DNA of 64,000 nucleotides from Candidatus Chewarchaeum aethiopicum (GCA_034190395.1 JAXINS010000017.1:36179-100178); one strand, 5' to 3'. Positions 19,909 to 30,291 are shown, counted from the first letter of the stretch. Made by a program: numbers and translations. The notes: generated by a model not told the origin, from the letters alone.

Positions 19909-20997
19909 ATGTCACCTGAACGCGAGAGTCTGCTCCGCAGGGAATATCTCAAACGCGCTGGGGCGTTCGGCGCAGCCGCAGCAAGCGCCGGACTGGCCGG
20001 CTGCGCCGGTGGAATCGGCGGTGGTGGTGGGGGGAAACCGAGCAAACTGACCCTCGGCACTTGGGGCGGCACGTGGCAGGACCTGATGATCAAGGCCGTC
20101 GTCGAACCGTATAAAAAAGAGACCGACATCAGTATCGATTACGTGCTCGGGGATAACACCCAGCGGCTCAACAAGATTATCGCCCAGAAAGACAACCCGC
20201 CGGTCGACATCTCTCAACAGGATGGCGCCGGGCTGGTACGCGGGGCGAACTCGGGGGTCTGGCATGAACTCACAACCGATCTCGTGCCGACGCTCAAAGA
20301 CATCCCGACGAACTTCAAAGCCGATACGTGGGTGATGCAGATCTTCGCGGCCAGCGGGTTGCTCTACAACCCCAACAAGGTCGAATCCCCATCGAGCTGG
20401 GATATCTACCTCGATACGAAGTACAAGGGGAAAGTCGGACTGTTCTCCGAGGACCCGACCCACGACATTATGGCGTTCTCGCTCGCACAAACGAACGGAG
20501 AGTCATTCAAGGCCGTCGATAAAGCCTTCAAGATGTACGAGCAGGTCGTCAAAACGATGGACCCCCAATACATCACCTCAAGCGAGCAGTACGGGAAACT
20601 GTTCGCCCAAGGCGACATCGTCCTTGGTCGCTACTGGTCGGCACGAGCCGCCCAGTGGCAGACGGAAGGGAAGCCGGTCAGAAGCGCCATCCCGAAAGCG
20701 GGCGCGATGTCGACGAACTTCGGCAACGCGATCCCCAAGAACATCCCGGAGAACAAACTCGAATGGGCCGGCAAGTTCATAGACTACACGCTTCGCAAAC
20801 AGGCCGCGCGGACGATCGCATCGAACATGTACTACACGAACCCGAACCCGACGGTCAATTATCCCGACGTGAAACCGTCGAAACTGGTGTCCTCAAAGGA
20901 TCTCCAGAACCTCAAAGTGCCCGACTTCGAGTGGATCGCAAAGAATCGATCGAAGTGGCGTGAACGGGCGAACAACATCATCAACAAGTACAGCTAA
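19909..20997 (+). CDS. ABC transporter substrate-binding lipoprotein (PotD/PotF-like), Tat-exported
   Basis: RREYLK twin-arginine, LAGC lipobox, Gly linker, TWGG, LLYNP..V..PSSW. Confidence 0.9.
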   Translation: MSPERESLLRREYLKRAGAFGAAAASAGLAGCAGGIGGGGGGKPSKLTLGTWGGTWQDLMIKAVVEPYKKETDISIDYVLGDNTQRLNKIIAQKDNPPVDISQQDGAGLVRGANSGVWHELTTDLVPTLKDIPTNFKADTWVMQIFAASGLLYNPNKVESPSSWDIYLDTKYKGKVGLFSEDPTHDIMAFSLAQTNGESFKAVDKAFKMYEQVVKTMDPQYITSSEQYGKLFAQGDIVLGRYWSARAAQWQTEGKPVRSAIPKAGAMSTNFGNAIPKNIPENKLEWAGKFIDYTLRKQAARTIASNMYYTNPNPTVNYPDVKPSKLVSSKDLQNLKVPDFEWIAKNRSKWRERANNIINKYS

Positions 20998-21022
20998 GGG
21001 ACAGACTGTCCCCCCTCTCATT

Positions 21023-22132
21023 ATGGCAGCGGATACTTCCACAGTCGTTCAGCTTGATAGCATTACGAAACGATTTCGGGACGTCACTGCGGTCGACGAT
21101 ATCGACGTCTCGATCCGCGATGGCGAACTGCTGACGCTACTGGGACCCTCGGGATGTGGTAAAACGACAACGTTGCGGATGATCGCCGGATTTGAGACGC
21201 CAAGCGAAGGCACCGTTTACATCAACAACCAGCAGGTCACGGATACCCCGGCCTACAACCGCGATACGGGAATGGTGTTCCAGCACTACGCATTGTTCCC
21301 CCACATGAACGTTGCGGACAACATCGCCTTTGGCCTCGAGATGCAGGGCCTCCCCGACGGCGAGATCGAAGAACGCGTCGAGGACGCCCTTGCAATGGTC
21401 CGGCTGGAAGGGCTCGGTGATCGATATCCTTCCGAGCTCTCGGGTGGCCAACAACAGCGTGTTGCGCTAGCACGGGCACTGGTCATCCAACCGTCAGTGA
21501 TGTTGCTCGACGAGCCGTTGTCGGACCTCGATAAGAAACTCCGCGAGGAGATGCGCCTCGAAATCCTTCGACTTCACCGTGAACTCGACGTCACGATGGT
21601 CTACGTCACCCACAATCAAGAAGAGGCACTGACGATTTCCGATCGGATGGCGGTGATGTCGGAGGGCGAAATCCACCAAGTTGGGACACCGGAGGAGGTC
21701 TATCAAGAACCTAACGACGAGTTCGTTGCCGACTTCATCGGCAACGCCAATCTCGTGACCGGCACGATCGGCGAGGTCAATGAGGCGAGCTACACGGTCG
21801 ATATCAACGGGCAGTCGTTTACTCTCGACGCTGAGACCGGCGAGCGGGCCACGATCGAACCCGGTCGAGAGGTTACGCTCCTGTTCCGTCCCGAACGATT
21901 CTCGATCCATCCGTCCGATCATGACAGCGAGGCCGAAAACAGCATGCTGGCGGATATCCAGGAGGTCACGTATCTCGGCTCCCGGATCGATTACTTCGTC
22001 GAAGCCGGCGGCGAGGAACTCCAAGTCGTCCAACAGAACATCGAACGCCACGGCGGATTCGAACAGGGTGAGTCGATAACGCTCACGTTCAGCCCCGATG
22101 CGCCGTTTGCGATCCCGGGTGATCGGACATGA
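21023..22132 (+). CDS. ABC transporter ATP-binding protein (PotA-like, TOBE domain)
   Basis: GPSGCGKT, LSGGQQQR, LLDEP, VTHNQEEA. Confidence 0.95.
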   Translation: MAADTSTVVQLDSITKRFRDVTAVDDIDVSIRDGELLTLLGPSGCGKTTTLRMIAGFETPSEGTVYINNQQVTDTPAYNRDTGMVFQHYALFPHMNVADNIAFGLEMQGLPDGEIEERVEDALAMVRLEGLGDRYPSELSGGQQQRVALARALVIQPSVMLLDEPLSDLDKKLREEMRLEILRLHRELDVTMVYVTHNQEEALTISDRMAVMSEGEIHQVGTPEEVYQEPNDEFVADFIGNANLVTGTIGEVNEASYTVDINGQSFTLDAETGERATIEPGREVTLLFRPERFSIHPSDHDSEAENSMLADIQEVTYLGSRIDYFVEAGGEELQVVQQNIERHGGFEQGESITLTFSPDAPFAIPGDRT

Positions 22133-23085
22133 GCGATGAGACCGCCAGAACGGGTACCAAAACCCGCCGGCGAGTAACAGGATCATTCGGCGAGACGGCA
22201 CACGAACGGATCCGGCAATTCATCCAGCGACACAAACGGGAGTCGTATGCCGGCTACATCCTCGCCGGACCATACCTGCTCTATATGGCGATTTTCTTCT
22301 TCATTCCGGTCGCCTACATGTTCCTCGTGAGCTTCTATACGAACGTCGACATCGGGACGATGGAGGCGATCCTAACGGTCCAGAACTACGTGAAATTCTT
22401 CTCTTCGAACCTCTATATGGACGCATTGTATACAACCGTCGAGGTAAGCGTCGTCTCGACGATCTTCACCATTCTCGTCAGTTACCCGATCGCATACTTC
22501 ATCGTTTTCACGGAGTGGGCCTACTCGAAAGTGTTAATCCTCCTCGTCATCGCTCCCCTCCTCGTCGGGAACGTCGTGCGGGCGTTCGGCTGGTTCGCGC
22601 TGATGGGCTCAAGCGGTGTCATCAATCAGATCCTGGGCCTCGTCGGCCTCAAGTACACGCTACTCCGCACTAAACCGGGGCTGGTTATCGCCATCTCGTC
22701 GGTGTTGATGCCCTTTGCCGTGTTGATTTTAATGAGCGTCCTCTACACGATCGATAAGGAGATCGTCGAGGCGGCGTACAACCTCGGTGGCAACCGGCTC
22801 CAGACGTTCTTCTATGTAACGTTCCCCCTCTCGTTGCCCGGGGTCGTTGGGGCGACGCTGATCTCATTTGTGCTGACGATGGGAACGTTCGCGACCGACG
22901 TGTTCATCGGAATGCCACAGGTACCGATGATCGCACCATTCATCTATGACGTCTCCGCCAAGGATCTCAACTGGCCGCTGGGCGCCGCGATGGGCTTCAT
23001 CCTACTAGGTGTCTCGCTGGTGTTCGTCTACATCTACACAAAGGTCATCAATCTCCAGCACACTGCGGAGGGTGGTCTGTTATGA
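22129..23085 (+). CDS. ABC transporter permease (PotB-like)
   Basis: EAAYNLG loop, six TM helices, ATGA overlap. Confidence 0.92.
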   Translation: MSDETARTGTKTRRRVTGSFGETAHERIRQFIQRHKRESYAGYILAGPYLLYMAIFFFIPVAYMFLVSFYTNVDIGTMEAILTVQNYVKFFSSNLYMDALYTTVEVSVVSTIFTILVSYPIAYFIVFTEWAYSKVLILLVIAPLLVGNVVRAFGWFALMGSSGVINQILGLVGLKYTLLRTKPGLVIAISSVLMPFAVLILMSVLYTIDKEIVEAAYNLGGNRLQTFFYVTFPLSLPGVVGATLISFVLTMGTFATDVFIGMPQVPMIAPFIYDVSAKDLNWPLGAAMGFILLGVSLVFVYIYTKVINLQHTAEGGLL

Positions 23086-23972
23086 GCAATCGGAGCGACG
23101 TTGGCCGCACCAAGAAGTTCCGGGGGACCCAGTTTCTCGAACTGTTGAATTTAGAGGTCGGTATCGGCAGTGTCTCGCTGGCGCAAGTATTGTGGATCCT
23201 GTTGTTGGTCAGTGTCTTCACCTTCCTCCTGTTGCCGGTGGTATTCGCGGTATTGATCAGCTTCAATCCGTCTGACTTGTACGCATTTCCACCGGAAACG
23301 ATCACCCTCAAATGGTATGCCGAGATTTTCTCCCGGACGACGTGGGTCTCGTCGTTCATCGTGAGCTTCCAGTACTCGATTCTGGCGACGATTATCGCGA
23401 TCGCACTGTCCTCAGCGGCGGCCTACGCCATCGGTCGGTTCGACTTCCGGTTCCGAAATCTCCTCGATGCCGGAACGTTCCTTCCGCTGATGATCCCCCA
23501 GATCATCCTTGGACTCGCATTGTTGTTGTTCCTCAATGAACTCGGACTCGTCGGGAATCTGCTCGGCATGGCACTCGCTCTGGCGGTGTACGCGACACCA
23601 TACGCGACCCGGAGCATCCTCACGACAATGTACAACTTCGATCGGTCGATCGAAGAGGCGGCGATGAATCTCGGGGCGGATGAGATCCAGACGTTTCGAT
23701 ATATCACGTTCCCGGCATTGCTGCCCGGCGTGCTCACGGCGGCGATCTTCGCCTTTATTGTCTCTTACGCCAATCTGCAGATCGCGATCTTCCTGCAAGG
23801 GCCGGGGTTGATTCCGATCCCGGTTCGGATCTTCGCCCAGATGCAGTTCGGCGCCAGTCCCGTTATCGCCGCCGTTTCGACGGTGAACATCGCGATCGTC
23901 CTGTTGGCGATCATCATCGTCGAGCGGCTCTTCGGTGCCGCGGAGGCCCTCGGCTACACTGGGCAAGCGTGA
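23082..23972 (+). CDS. ABC transporter permease (PotC-like)
   Basis: EEAAMNLGA loop, TLKWY, ATGA overlap. Confidence 0.92.
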   Translation: MSNRSDVGRTKKFRGTQFLELLNLEVGIGSVSLAQVLWILLLVSVFTFLLLPVVFAVLISFNPSDLYAFPPETITLKWYAEIFSRTTWVSSFIVSFQYSILATIIAIALSSAAAYAIGRFDFRFRNLLDAGTFLPLMIPQIILGLALLLFLNELGLVGNLLGMALALAVYATPYATRSILTTMYNFDRSIEEAAMNLGADEIQTFRYITFPALLPGVLTAAIFAFIVSYANLQIAIFLQGPGLIPIPVRIFAQMQFGASPVIAAVSTVNIAIVLLAIIIVERLFGAAEALGYTGQA

Positions 23973-24225
23973 TCTGAAACCAGCCGCGTATCCGGCTTTC
24001 CCCGATACCCGACATCGGACAGCTGACACCCCAACCGATCGCGGCCACTTCCCACACATTCATGGTTAGCGCTCGTCTCAGCGATCGACAAAGGCGGCAC
24101 ACGATCGATTCCGTACGAACGCACAAACCCAACGAGATCATCGCATCCCACATCGCGAACAGCAATCAGGGGATCGGCACAACGTTTGTATCGACCCATC
24201 CGACGCTCTCCCATCCAATTCAATC

Positions 24226-25062
24226 ATGATCCCGCCAATCGCATCGAAGTTCATCGCCGGCGAAACCGAAGCGACGGCGATCGACCACGCCAAGGAACTC
24301 AACGACCGAAACGTCAGCGCGATCCTGAACCTATTGGGTGAACATTACAGTCGCCGCGAACCGGCCGACGCCGATGCCGAAACGTACTGCCAGCTGCTCG
24401 ATGATATCGACGCCGCCGGCGTTGATGCCTGCGTTTCGGTCAAACCATCCCAGATCGGCCTTGATATCGGCGAATCGGCGTTCAGGGAGAACCTCGATCG
24501 GATCGTCGACCGGGCGATCGAAAACGACCAGTTCGTCTGGATCGACATGGAGGATCATACGACCATCGGCGCGACGCTCGACGCCTTCGAGGCCGCCGCC
24601 GATCGACATCCCGGCGGCGTCGGGGTCTGTGTACAGGCGAACATGAAGCGAACCCGGGAGGATCTCGAACGGCTGCAGGACGTCGAGGGGAAAATCCGGT
24701 TAGTCAAAGGTGCCTACGACCCCCCCAAAGAGATCGCCTACACGGAGAAGGCCCGCGTCGACGAGGCGTACGAATCCTTACTGGAGTACGCCTTCGAGGC
24801 CTACGAAGGGGGAATCGCGGTCGGTAGCCACGATCCAGCGATGATCGAGCGGGCCGAACAGCTTCACGAGGAGTACGGCACAGACTTCGAGATCCAGATG
24901 CTCATGGGGGTACGTGAGGACGCCCAGTACGACCTCGCAACGGAGTATCCGGTCTGGCAGTACGTTCCTTATGGGAGCAAGTGGGTATCGTATTTCTATC
25001 GTCGGCTACTCGAGCGCAAGGAGAACCTCCTGTTTGGTCTCCGGGCAGTCCTCAACAGCTGA
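24226..25062 (+). CDS. Monofunctional proline dehydrogenase
   Basis: FIAGE, LLGE, SVKPSQ, WIDMED, RLVKGAY, SHD, QMLMG, YVPYG..YFYRRL.ER. Confidence 0.94.
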   Translation: MIPPIASKFIAGETEATAIDHAKELNDRNVSAILNLLGEHYSRREPADADAETYCQLLDDIDAAGVDACVSVKPSQIGLDIGESAFRENLDRIVDRAIENDQFVWIDMEDHTTIGATLDAFEAAADRHPGGVGVCVQANMKRTREDLERLQDVEGKIRLVKGAYDPPKEIAYTEKARVDEAYESLLEYAFEAYEGGIAVGSHDPAMIERAEQLHEEYGTDFEIQMLMGVREDAQYDLATEYPVWQYVPYGSKWVSYFYRRLLERKENLLFGLRAVLNS

Positions 25063-25075
25063 AAGGCCCTCAGGT

Positions 25076-26263
25076 TCAGGCACCGAGGATCCGTAACGAT
25101 CGCTGTGGTTCGACGACGTACTCGACTCCGCTCTCGGTGACTTCGATCATGTCCTCAAGGCCGATATACCCGTACTCGGTGTCGACGCCGAGTTCGACGG
25201 CGTAGATGCCCCCCTCGTGGACCGAGGCCTCGACGGACGCGCCGTAGGGTTCCCAGGGTGGTCCAAAGAGCGTCCCGCCGTCGTGGGCTTCACGGCCGAC
25301 CTCATGACCGATGCCGTGATTGGGCTCGGGCCAGCCACGATCGGTCAGCGTCTCCCGAGCCGCCGCGTCGACATCCCGCCCTTTTCGGCCCGGTTCGATT
25401 GTCTCAATCCCCGCATCGATCGCCGCCCGCACGTCCTGAAACACTGTCCGTACTTCCACCGGTGGCTCGGCGGCCTCCGCGCTGGGACGATAGTAACACC
25501 GCTGGAGATCGGCGGTGTAGCCGTCGTAGCGAACGCCGAAATCGAAATGCAAGACTTCACCTGGGGGGAGCGTCCGATCGCCGGGTATCGTATGGCCGGC
25601 GGTGGCGGCGTCACCCGCATCGACCGCTGGACAGTACGCTGGGCTCCAGGCGGGACCGAGATCACGATCGGCCATCCGGTCGTGGAGCCAGTCGGCGATC
25701 ATGGCCTCGGTCCAGTCCGGCTCCCAGGCCTCGGCGAACCGGCCGAGGAGTTCCTCGGTCGTCTCAGCGGCGCGGTAGATCCGATCGCGTTCGGTCGGTG
25801 ATTTGCGGCCCCGGACCCGCCGGATCACGTCCGACGCGCTGACGAATCGGTCCGCATAGGGCGTCCCATCGAGATGCCCGACGAGCCGGCGATACATCCC
25901 GTGGGTGAGCCCGTCAGCGGTTCGGAAGTCCTCGGCGTAGTTGATCGCGATCGTATCGGGATCGATGGTCGCGAGCTGGTCCTGCAGGATCGGTTCGAGC
26001 GACTCTCGGTAGGTGTAGACGTCGTGGACACCGAGTTCCTGGGCCGGCGTCGCATCGTTCTCCCCGAGAATCGCGATCCGATCCCGGTCGGCGGTGAGTA
26101 AGACGACAGCCGGCCAAACGACGTCATATCCCAACACGAACGGGAGCGAAGGCTCGCCGATGGCATCCGATTCCCGACAGAACGTCAGCCAACAGTCAAA
26201 CCCCAGTTCATCGAGCACGGCGCTTGCCTGCGTGGTCTTCTCCTCAACGATCGCATGGTCCAT
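25076..26263 (-). CDS. M24 family metallopeptidase (Xaa-Pro aminopeptidase-like)
   Basis: HFDFG, YTADLQR, HGIGHEVG..AHDGG, AVELG, GLEDM. Metal ligands retained. Confidence 0.88.
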   Translation of the reverse strand: MDHAIVEEKTTQASAVLDELGFDCWLTFCRESDAIGEPSLPFVLGYDVVWPAVVLLTADRDRIAILGENDATPAQELGVHDVYTYRESLEPILQDQLATIDPDTIAINYAEDFRTADGLTHGMYRRLVGHLDGTPYADRFVSASDVIRRVRGRKSPTERDRIYRAAETTEELLGRFAEAWEPDWTEAMIADWLHDRMADRDLGPAWSPAYCPAVDAGDAATAGHTIPGDRTLPPGEVLHFDFGVRYDGYTADLQRCYYRPSAEAAEPPVEVRTVFQDVRAAIDAGIETIEPGRKGRDVDAAARETLTDRGWPEPNHGIGHEVGREAHDGGTLFGPPWEPYGASVEASVHEGGIYAVELGVDTEYGYIGLEDMIEVTESGVEYVVEPQRSLRILGA

Positions 26264-26430
26264 AGCGCCCAGACCGGCGGAGACTGACAAAAGGGTTCGG
26301 CCGCTCGCGCCGGCATCGGTTTGAGTACCGGTATGTGATTCGAGAGACGGTCACCGGCCAGTGGGCGGGAACGAAACCATCGAGTAACGTGGCACTCATT
26401 AGTCCGGGGAGCCGAGCATCCGGTGAGACG

Positions 26431-27093
26431 ATGCCGACCTGGAAGCGCGATGTGGCGAGTGGGCTCATCGTGCTGATCCCGATCCTCGTGACCCTCTATG
26501 TCGTCACGTGGCTCTATGCGATCATCGCCAATATCCCGTTCCTCCAAGAGATCATCAAGCCGTCGCTGTTCGGTGACAGGGTGTTGATCGCGGAGCTGGT
26601 CCGGGTGGCATTGACGCTTTTGATCTTCGCCGGGTTGGTCCTCTCGACCGGCTATCTGATGCGGACAGCCCTCGGCAGCATCCTCGAGGAAGCCCTCGAC
26701 GATTTCATCAATCACGTCCCCGGATTACGGGTGATCTATAACGCTTCGAAGATGGCCGTCAAAACGACGTTATCGGGGACCGAAGAACTACAACGGCCAG
26801 TCAAACTCGAACTCTGGAACGGCGCCCGCCTCACGGCGTTTAAGACCGGCAAACGGACCGACGATGGACGGGAGGTCGTATTCATGCCGACGGCGCCAAA
26901 CATCACGACTGGCTTCGTCATGGAGGTCGAACCTGAACGGCTCAACGAATCCGACGAGAAAGTCGAGGATGCCCTCACCCGAATTCTAAGCGCCGGCTTC
27001 GGGGAGAGCCGCGATCAGGGGATCCCGATCGATGTCATCGACGCCGTCGCCGACGACCAAGACAAAGACGATGACAGCGGGGAAGGTGGCTAG
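26431..27093 (+). CDS. DUF502 membrane protein
   Basis: GLIVLIP, P.LRVIYNASK, FMPTAPNITTGF. Confidence 0.88.
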   Translation: MPTWKRDVASGLIVLIPILVTLYVVTWLYAIIANIPFLQEIIKPSLFGDRVLIAELVRVALTLLIFAGLVLSTGYLMRTALGSILEEALDDFINHVPGLRVIYNASKMAVKTTLSGTEELQRPVKLELWNGARLTAFKTGKRTDDGREVVFMPTAPNITTGFVMEVEPERLNESDEKVEDALTRILSAGFGESRDQGIPIDVIDAVADDQDKDDDSGEGG

Positions 27094-27183
27094 CCCGCCC
27101 AACCCGGTGAGTGACGCTTGCACCGTTCTGCGGGCTCGGCCGGCACAAGAACGGTAGACCGGAAACGAACCGTATCCTCTCAA

Positions 27184-28125
27184 TCACTCGACAAAGATGA
27201 ACCACTCGGGGTGGTCGTCGGTCCGGCGTTCGACCAGATCGAAGAACGCCGACTGGATCTCCTCGGTGATCGGCCCGCGGCTGCCCGACCCGATAACGAC
27301 GTTGTCGACCTTCCGGATCGGAGTGACTTCGGCGGCGGTGCCACAGAAAAACAGCTCGTCGGCGGTGTTGAGCTCGCCGCGGCTGATCGTCGCCTCATCG
27401 TGGACGGTATATCCGAGCTCGCGAGCCAGCGTGATCACGGTCCGCCGGGTGATCCCGTCGAGAATGCCCTCGGCTAAGCCGGGGGTATAGATCTCGCCGT
27501 CGCGCACCAAAAAGAGGTTCTCGCCGGGGCCTTCGGCGACGTTGCCTTCCTTGTTGAGAACGATCGCCTCGGCGTAGCCGTTTCGTCGGGCCTCTTCGCC
27601 GGCAAGCAGGCTGTTGACGTACAGTCCCGTGGTCTTGGCGTTGGTGGGGATCTGGCTCGAGGCGTGTTTCCGCCAGGACGAGACCATCACCTCGACGCCG
27701 TTTTCGAGCGCGTCCTCGCCGAGATACGTGCCCCATGGCCAGGCGGCGATCGCGACATCCGTGGGCACGCCGGATGGATCCAGTCCCAGACTCTCGTAGC
27801 CATAGAAGGCGATCGGACGGATGTACCCCGACTGGAGATTCTCACGTCGAAGCAGTTCGACCGTCGCCTCGGTGAGTTCCTCGGGCTCATAGCCGATCTC
27901 GAGGTCGTACGGTTTCGCGGAGTCATAGAACCGTTCGAGGTGTTCGTCCCATCGAAAGATCGCCGGGCCGTCCTCCGTTTCGTACGCTCGGACGCCTTCG
28001 AAGATCCCGGTCCCATAATGCAGGCCGTGGGTCAACACATGGACGTTCGCATCATCGAAATCGACGAACTCGCCGTTCATCCAGATCGAATCGACACCCT
28101 GGAACATCTCGGGGCGCTCGCTCAT
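27184..28125 (-). CDS. ilvE: Branched-chain amino acid aminotransferase
   Basis: LHYGTGIFEG, AKTTGLYVNS, EGPGENLF, LDGITR, GTAAEVTP. Confidence 0.96.
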   Translation of the reverse strand: MSERPEMFQGVDSIWMNGEFVDFDDANVHVLTHGLHYGTGIFEGVRAYETEDGPAIFRWDEHLERFYDSAKPYDLEIGYEPEELTEATVELLRRENLQSGYIRPIAFYGYESLGLDPSGVPTDVAIAAWPWGTYLGEDALENGVEVMVSSWRKHASSQIPTNAKTTGLYVNSLLAGEEARRNGYAEAIVLNKEGNVAEGPGENLFLVRDGEIYTPGLAEGILDGITRRTVITLARELGYTVHDEATISRGELNTADELFFCGTAAEVTPIRKVDNVVIGSGSRGPITEEIQSAFFDLVERRTDDHPEWFIFVE

Positions 28126-28380
28126 GGTACCTCCCTGTAGTCGGACGGGGATTATTATTCATTCTGTATCGTGACATCCTACAACGGCAGTGAAGGGACG
28201 GGGACAGTAAGAGAGAAACCGATCAGTAATCGAGAATACAGAAGGGAAAACCACACACAGCACAAAGCGCCAGCAGGGCTGATTGGCTCGCTGGCCTCGG
28301 TTCGAAACGCCGCCATCGGATAGCGATCCACTAGTTCGCCGGGGAAACGCTTAATTCAAATTACTACTTGGCATGGAACG

Positions 28381-28845
28381 ATGAATCGCCGGGAGTTCCT
28401 CGCGACTACTGCACTCATCACCGGGATTGCGGGCTGTACAACCGGCGGATCAACGGGGTCGGCTGCCGTCGGGACCTCGGAGAGCCAGACGACCAAGAAC
28501 TCGGATGCCAGTGGTGACACCGCCAAAGTATGGATGCATCAGACTTCCTTCGCTCCGAGACGCCTCTCGGTCGATCCAGGAACGACCGTCGAATGGGTCA
28601 ACGCCGATCTCTACTCCCATAACGTCCACGCCTCACAGTTCCACGAGAAGGCAGAGGACTGGGAGTTCAAACAAAACTCGGGGATCTATAAAAACGAAAT
28701 TCTGGCGTATACCTTCGATGATCCCGGGATCTACGAATATCACTGCCATCACCATGGCAAAACCAAGATGTGTGGGGTGATTCTCGTCGGTGACGTCACC
28801 CTTGAGAAACCACTCCCATGTAAGGCGTATCAGGAAAGTCAGTAA
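28381..28845 (+). CDS. Halocyanin/plastocyanin-type blue copper lipoprotein (Tat)
   Basis: RREFL, IAGC lipobox, PGTTVEWVN, HNV, C-x2-H-x4-M copper ligands. Confidence 0.87.
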   Translation: MNRREFLATTALITGIAGCTTGGSTGSAAVGTSESQTTKNSDASGDTAKVWMHQTSFAPRRLSVDPGTTVEWVNADLYSHNVHASQFHEKAEDWEFKQNSGIYKNEILAYTFDDPGIYEYHCHHHGKTKMCGVILVGDVTLEKPLPCKAYQESQ

Positions 28846-28875
28846 CGCCGAACCGCCAGTAGCGGAGACTGACCG

Positions 28876-29550
28876 TCAGCGTAGCGTTTCAAGCAACGCC
28901 GAACCCTCCACATACACGAGGTCGTGACGGGCAGCGTAGTCACGGGCAGCCGCCTTCGAGAGGGCACCACCGGTTTCGTCATCGAGCATCTCACAGCCGA
29001 CCACGGCCGGCGGCTGATCGGCGGCCTCGGCGAGGGCGATCCCGAGTTCGGTGTGGCCCTGGCGTTCCTCAAGCAGGTCATCGGCGGCCCGGAGGAGGTG
29101 GACATGGCCGGGCGTCCGGAACTCGGTCCCGAAATCCTCGGCGTCGTACTCGCCGGCTCGGGCGGCCGCGGCGGCGGTCGCGAGCGCGTCGACGGTGCGA
29201 GCACGATCGGTATCGGTAATCCCGGTGTAGGTGTCGCGATGGTTGACCGACAGCGAAAACGACGGTCGAGCGTCGTAGCTGAGATCGGAGTGGTCGTTGG
29301 CAGGGTGGTCGATCACGTCATGGAGAAACGGTAGCTCGAAGGCATCGGCGACGTCGGCGGCGAGCGCGACAAAGAGGAGTCCGCCGGCGTCGTTGCGAAG
29401 CTGGGCGATCCGTTTGGGGGTAATCCCCTCGGCGGGAAAGAGGAGGTCGGTTTCGGCTTCGCGGTCGTCGTCGTCGTGGATCAGGACCCCCTCCCCGGCC
29501 CGGAAGGCGGCGACCGCTCGCTTGATATCGCTCGACTGTTGCTGGCTCAC
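28876..29550 (-). CDS. ribB: 3,4-dihydroxy-2-butanone-4-phosphate synthase (archaeal type)
   Basis: DDREAETD, RNDAGGL, TGITDTDR, PGHV, RQGHTE, CEM. GTG start with upstream GGAG (alternative ATG at 29571). Confidence 0.93.
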   Translation of the reverse strand: MSQQQSSDIKRAVAAFRAGEGVLIHDDDDREAETDLLFPAEGITPKRIAQLRNDAGGLLFVALAADVADAFELPFLHDVIDHPANDHSDLSYDARPSFSLSVNHRDTYTGITDTDRARTVDALATAAAAARAGEYDAEDFGTEFRTPGHVHLLRAADDLLEERQGHTELGIALAEAADQPPAVVGCEMLDDETGGALSKAAARDYAARHDLVYVEGSALLETLR

Positions 29551-29554
29551 GCGG

Positions 29555-30259
29555 CTATCGCTCCTGGACATAAACAGTAAGGTGATCGTCGTCGTCGAGA
29601 TCAAGCTCGTCCCGTAGCTTCTCGGGGGCGATCACTTCGAGCTGATCCTCGTCGTGGTGGGTTCGTTCGGGGGCGATCACGTGACACTCCTCGTAGCGAT
29701 CACCCGCAGCGGTTTCGATACTCGCGGGATAACAGACGGCGGGACCGTATGTCCGGTCGTCGTCCTCCCAGCCGTCGATGGGGATCGGTTCGAAGGTCCG
29801 CAACCCGGCCCGGATCCGGACGCTTTCGGCGTCGAGCTCGAGGTTCAACGTCCCGGCGAAGGGCTCGTAGCCGAGCCGGTCGATGAACTGTTCCATGTAG
29901 CCGGGCAGGGAGATGTAGTGTCGGCCTTCCCCCATGCCGCTGGTAACGGTCCCCCGTAGTTCGAGCTGTTCTGGCTCCTCGAAGATCCGTCGATAGGCTT
30001 CATACTCCTCGCGAAGCGCGTTTTCGCCCGCATCGGTGATCCGCACCCACTGGCCGTCGGCGACGGTCTCCCGATCGAGATAGTCGACCTCATCGAGGCG
30101 CTGGAGGCGTCGCGAGGCGGTCTGGGTCGATACGTCGAGGACACCGGCGAGATCGGCACAGGAGAGTTTCGTCTCCCCAGCCAGCCCGCCGTCGAGCGCG
30201 ATCTGTCGCAACGTCGCGAGTTCGTCGTGCCCGACAGCGAGCGACGTCCGTCCTGCCAT
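29555..30259 (-). CDS. ribK: CTP-dependent riboflavin kinase with N-terminal wHTH (RbkR-type)
   Basis: [46 protein letters not shown]. Confidence 0.93.
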   Translation of the reverse strand: MAGRTSLAVGHDELATLRQIALDGGLAGETKLSCADLAGVLDVSTQTASRRLQRLDEVDYLDRETVADGQWVRITDAGENALREEYEAYRRIFEEPEQLELRGTVTSGMGEGRHYISLPGYMEQFIDRLGYEPFAGTLNLELDAESVRIRAGLRTFEPIPIDGWEDDDRTYGPAVCYPASIETAAGDRYEECHVIAPERTHHDEDQLEVIAPEKLRDELDLDDDDHLTVYVQER

Positions 30260-30291
30260 AGCCGAAAGTTGGTTCACACAAGTGATAAGGA

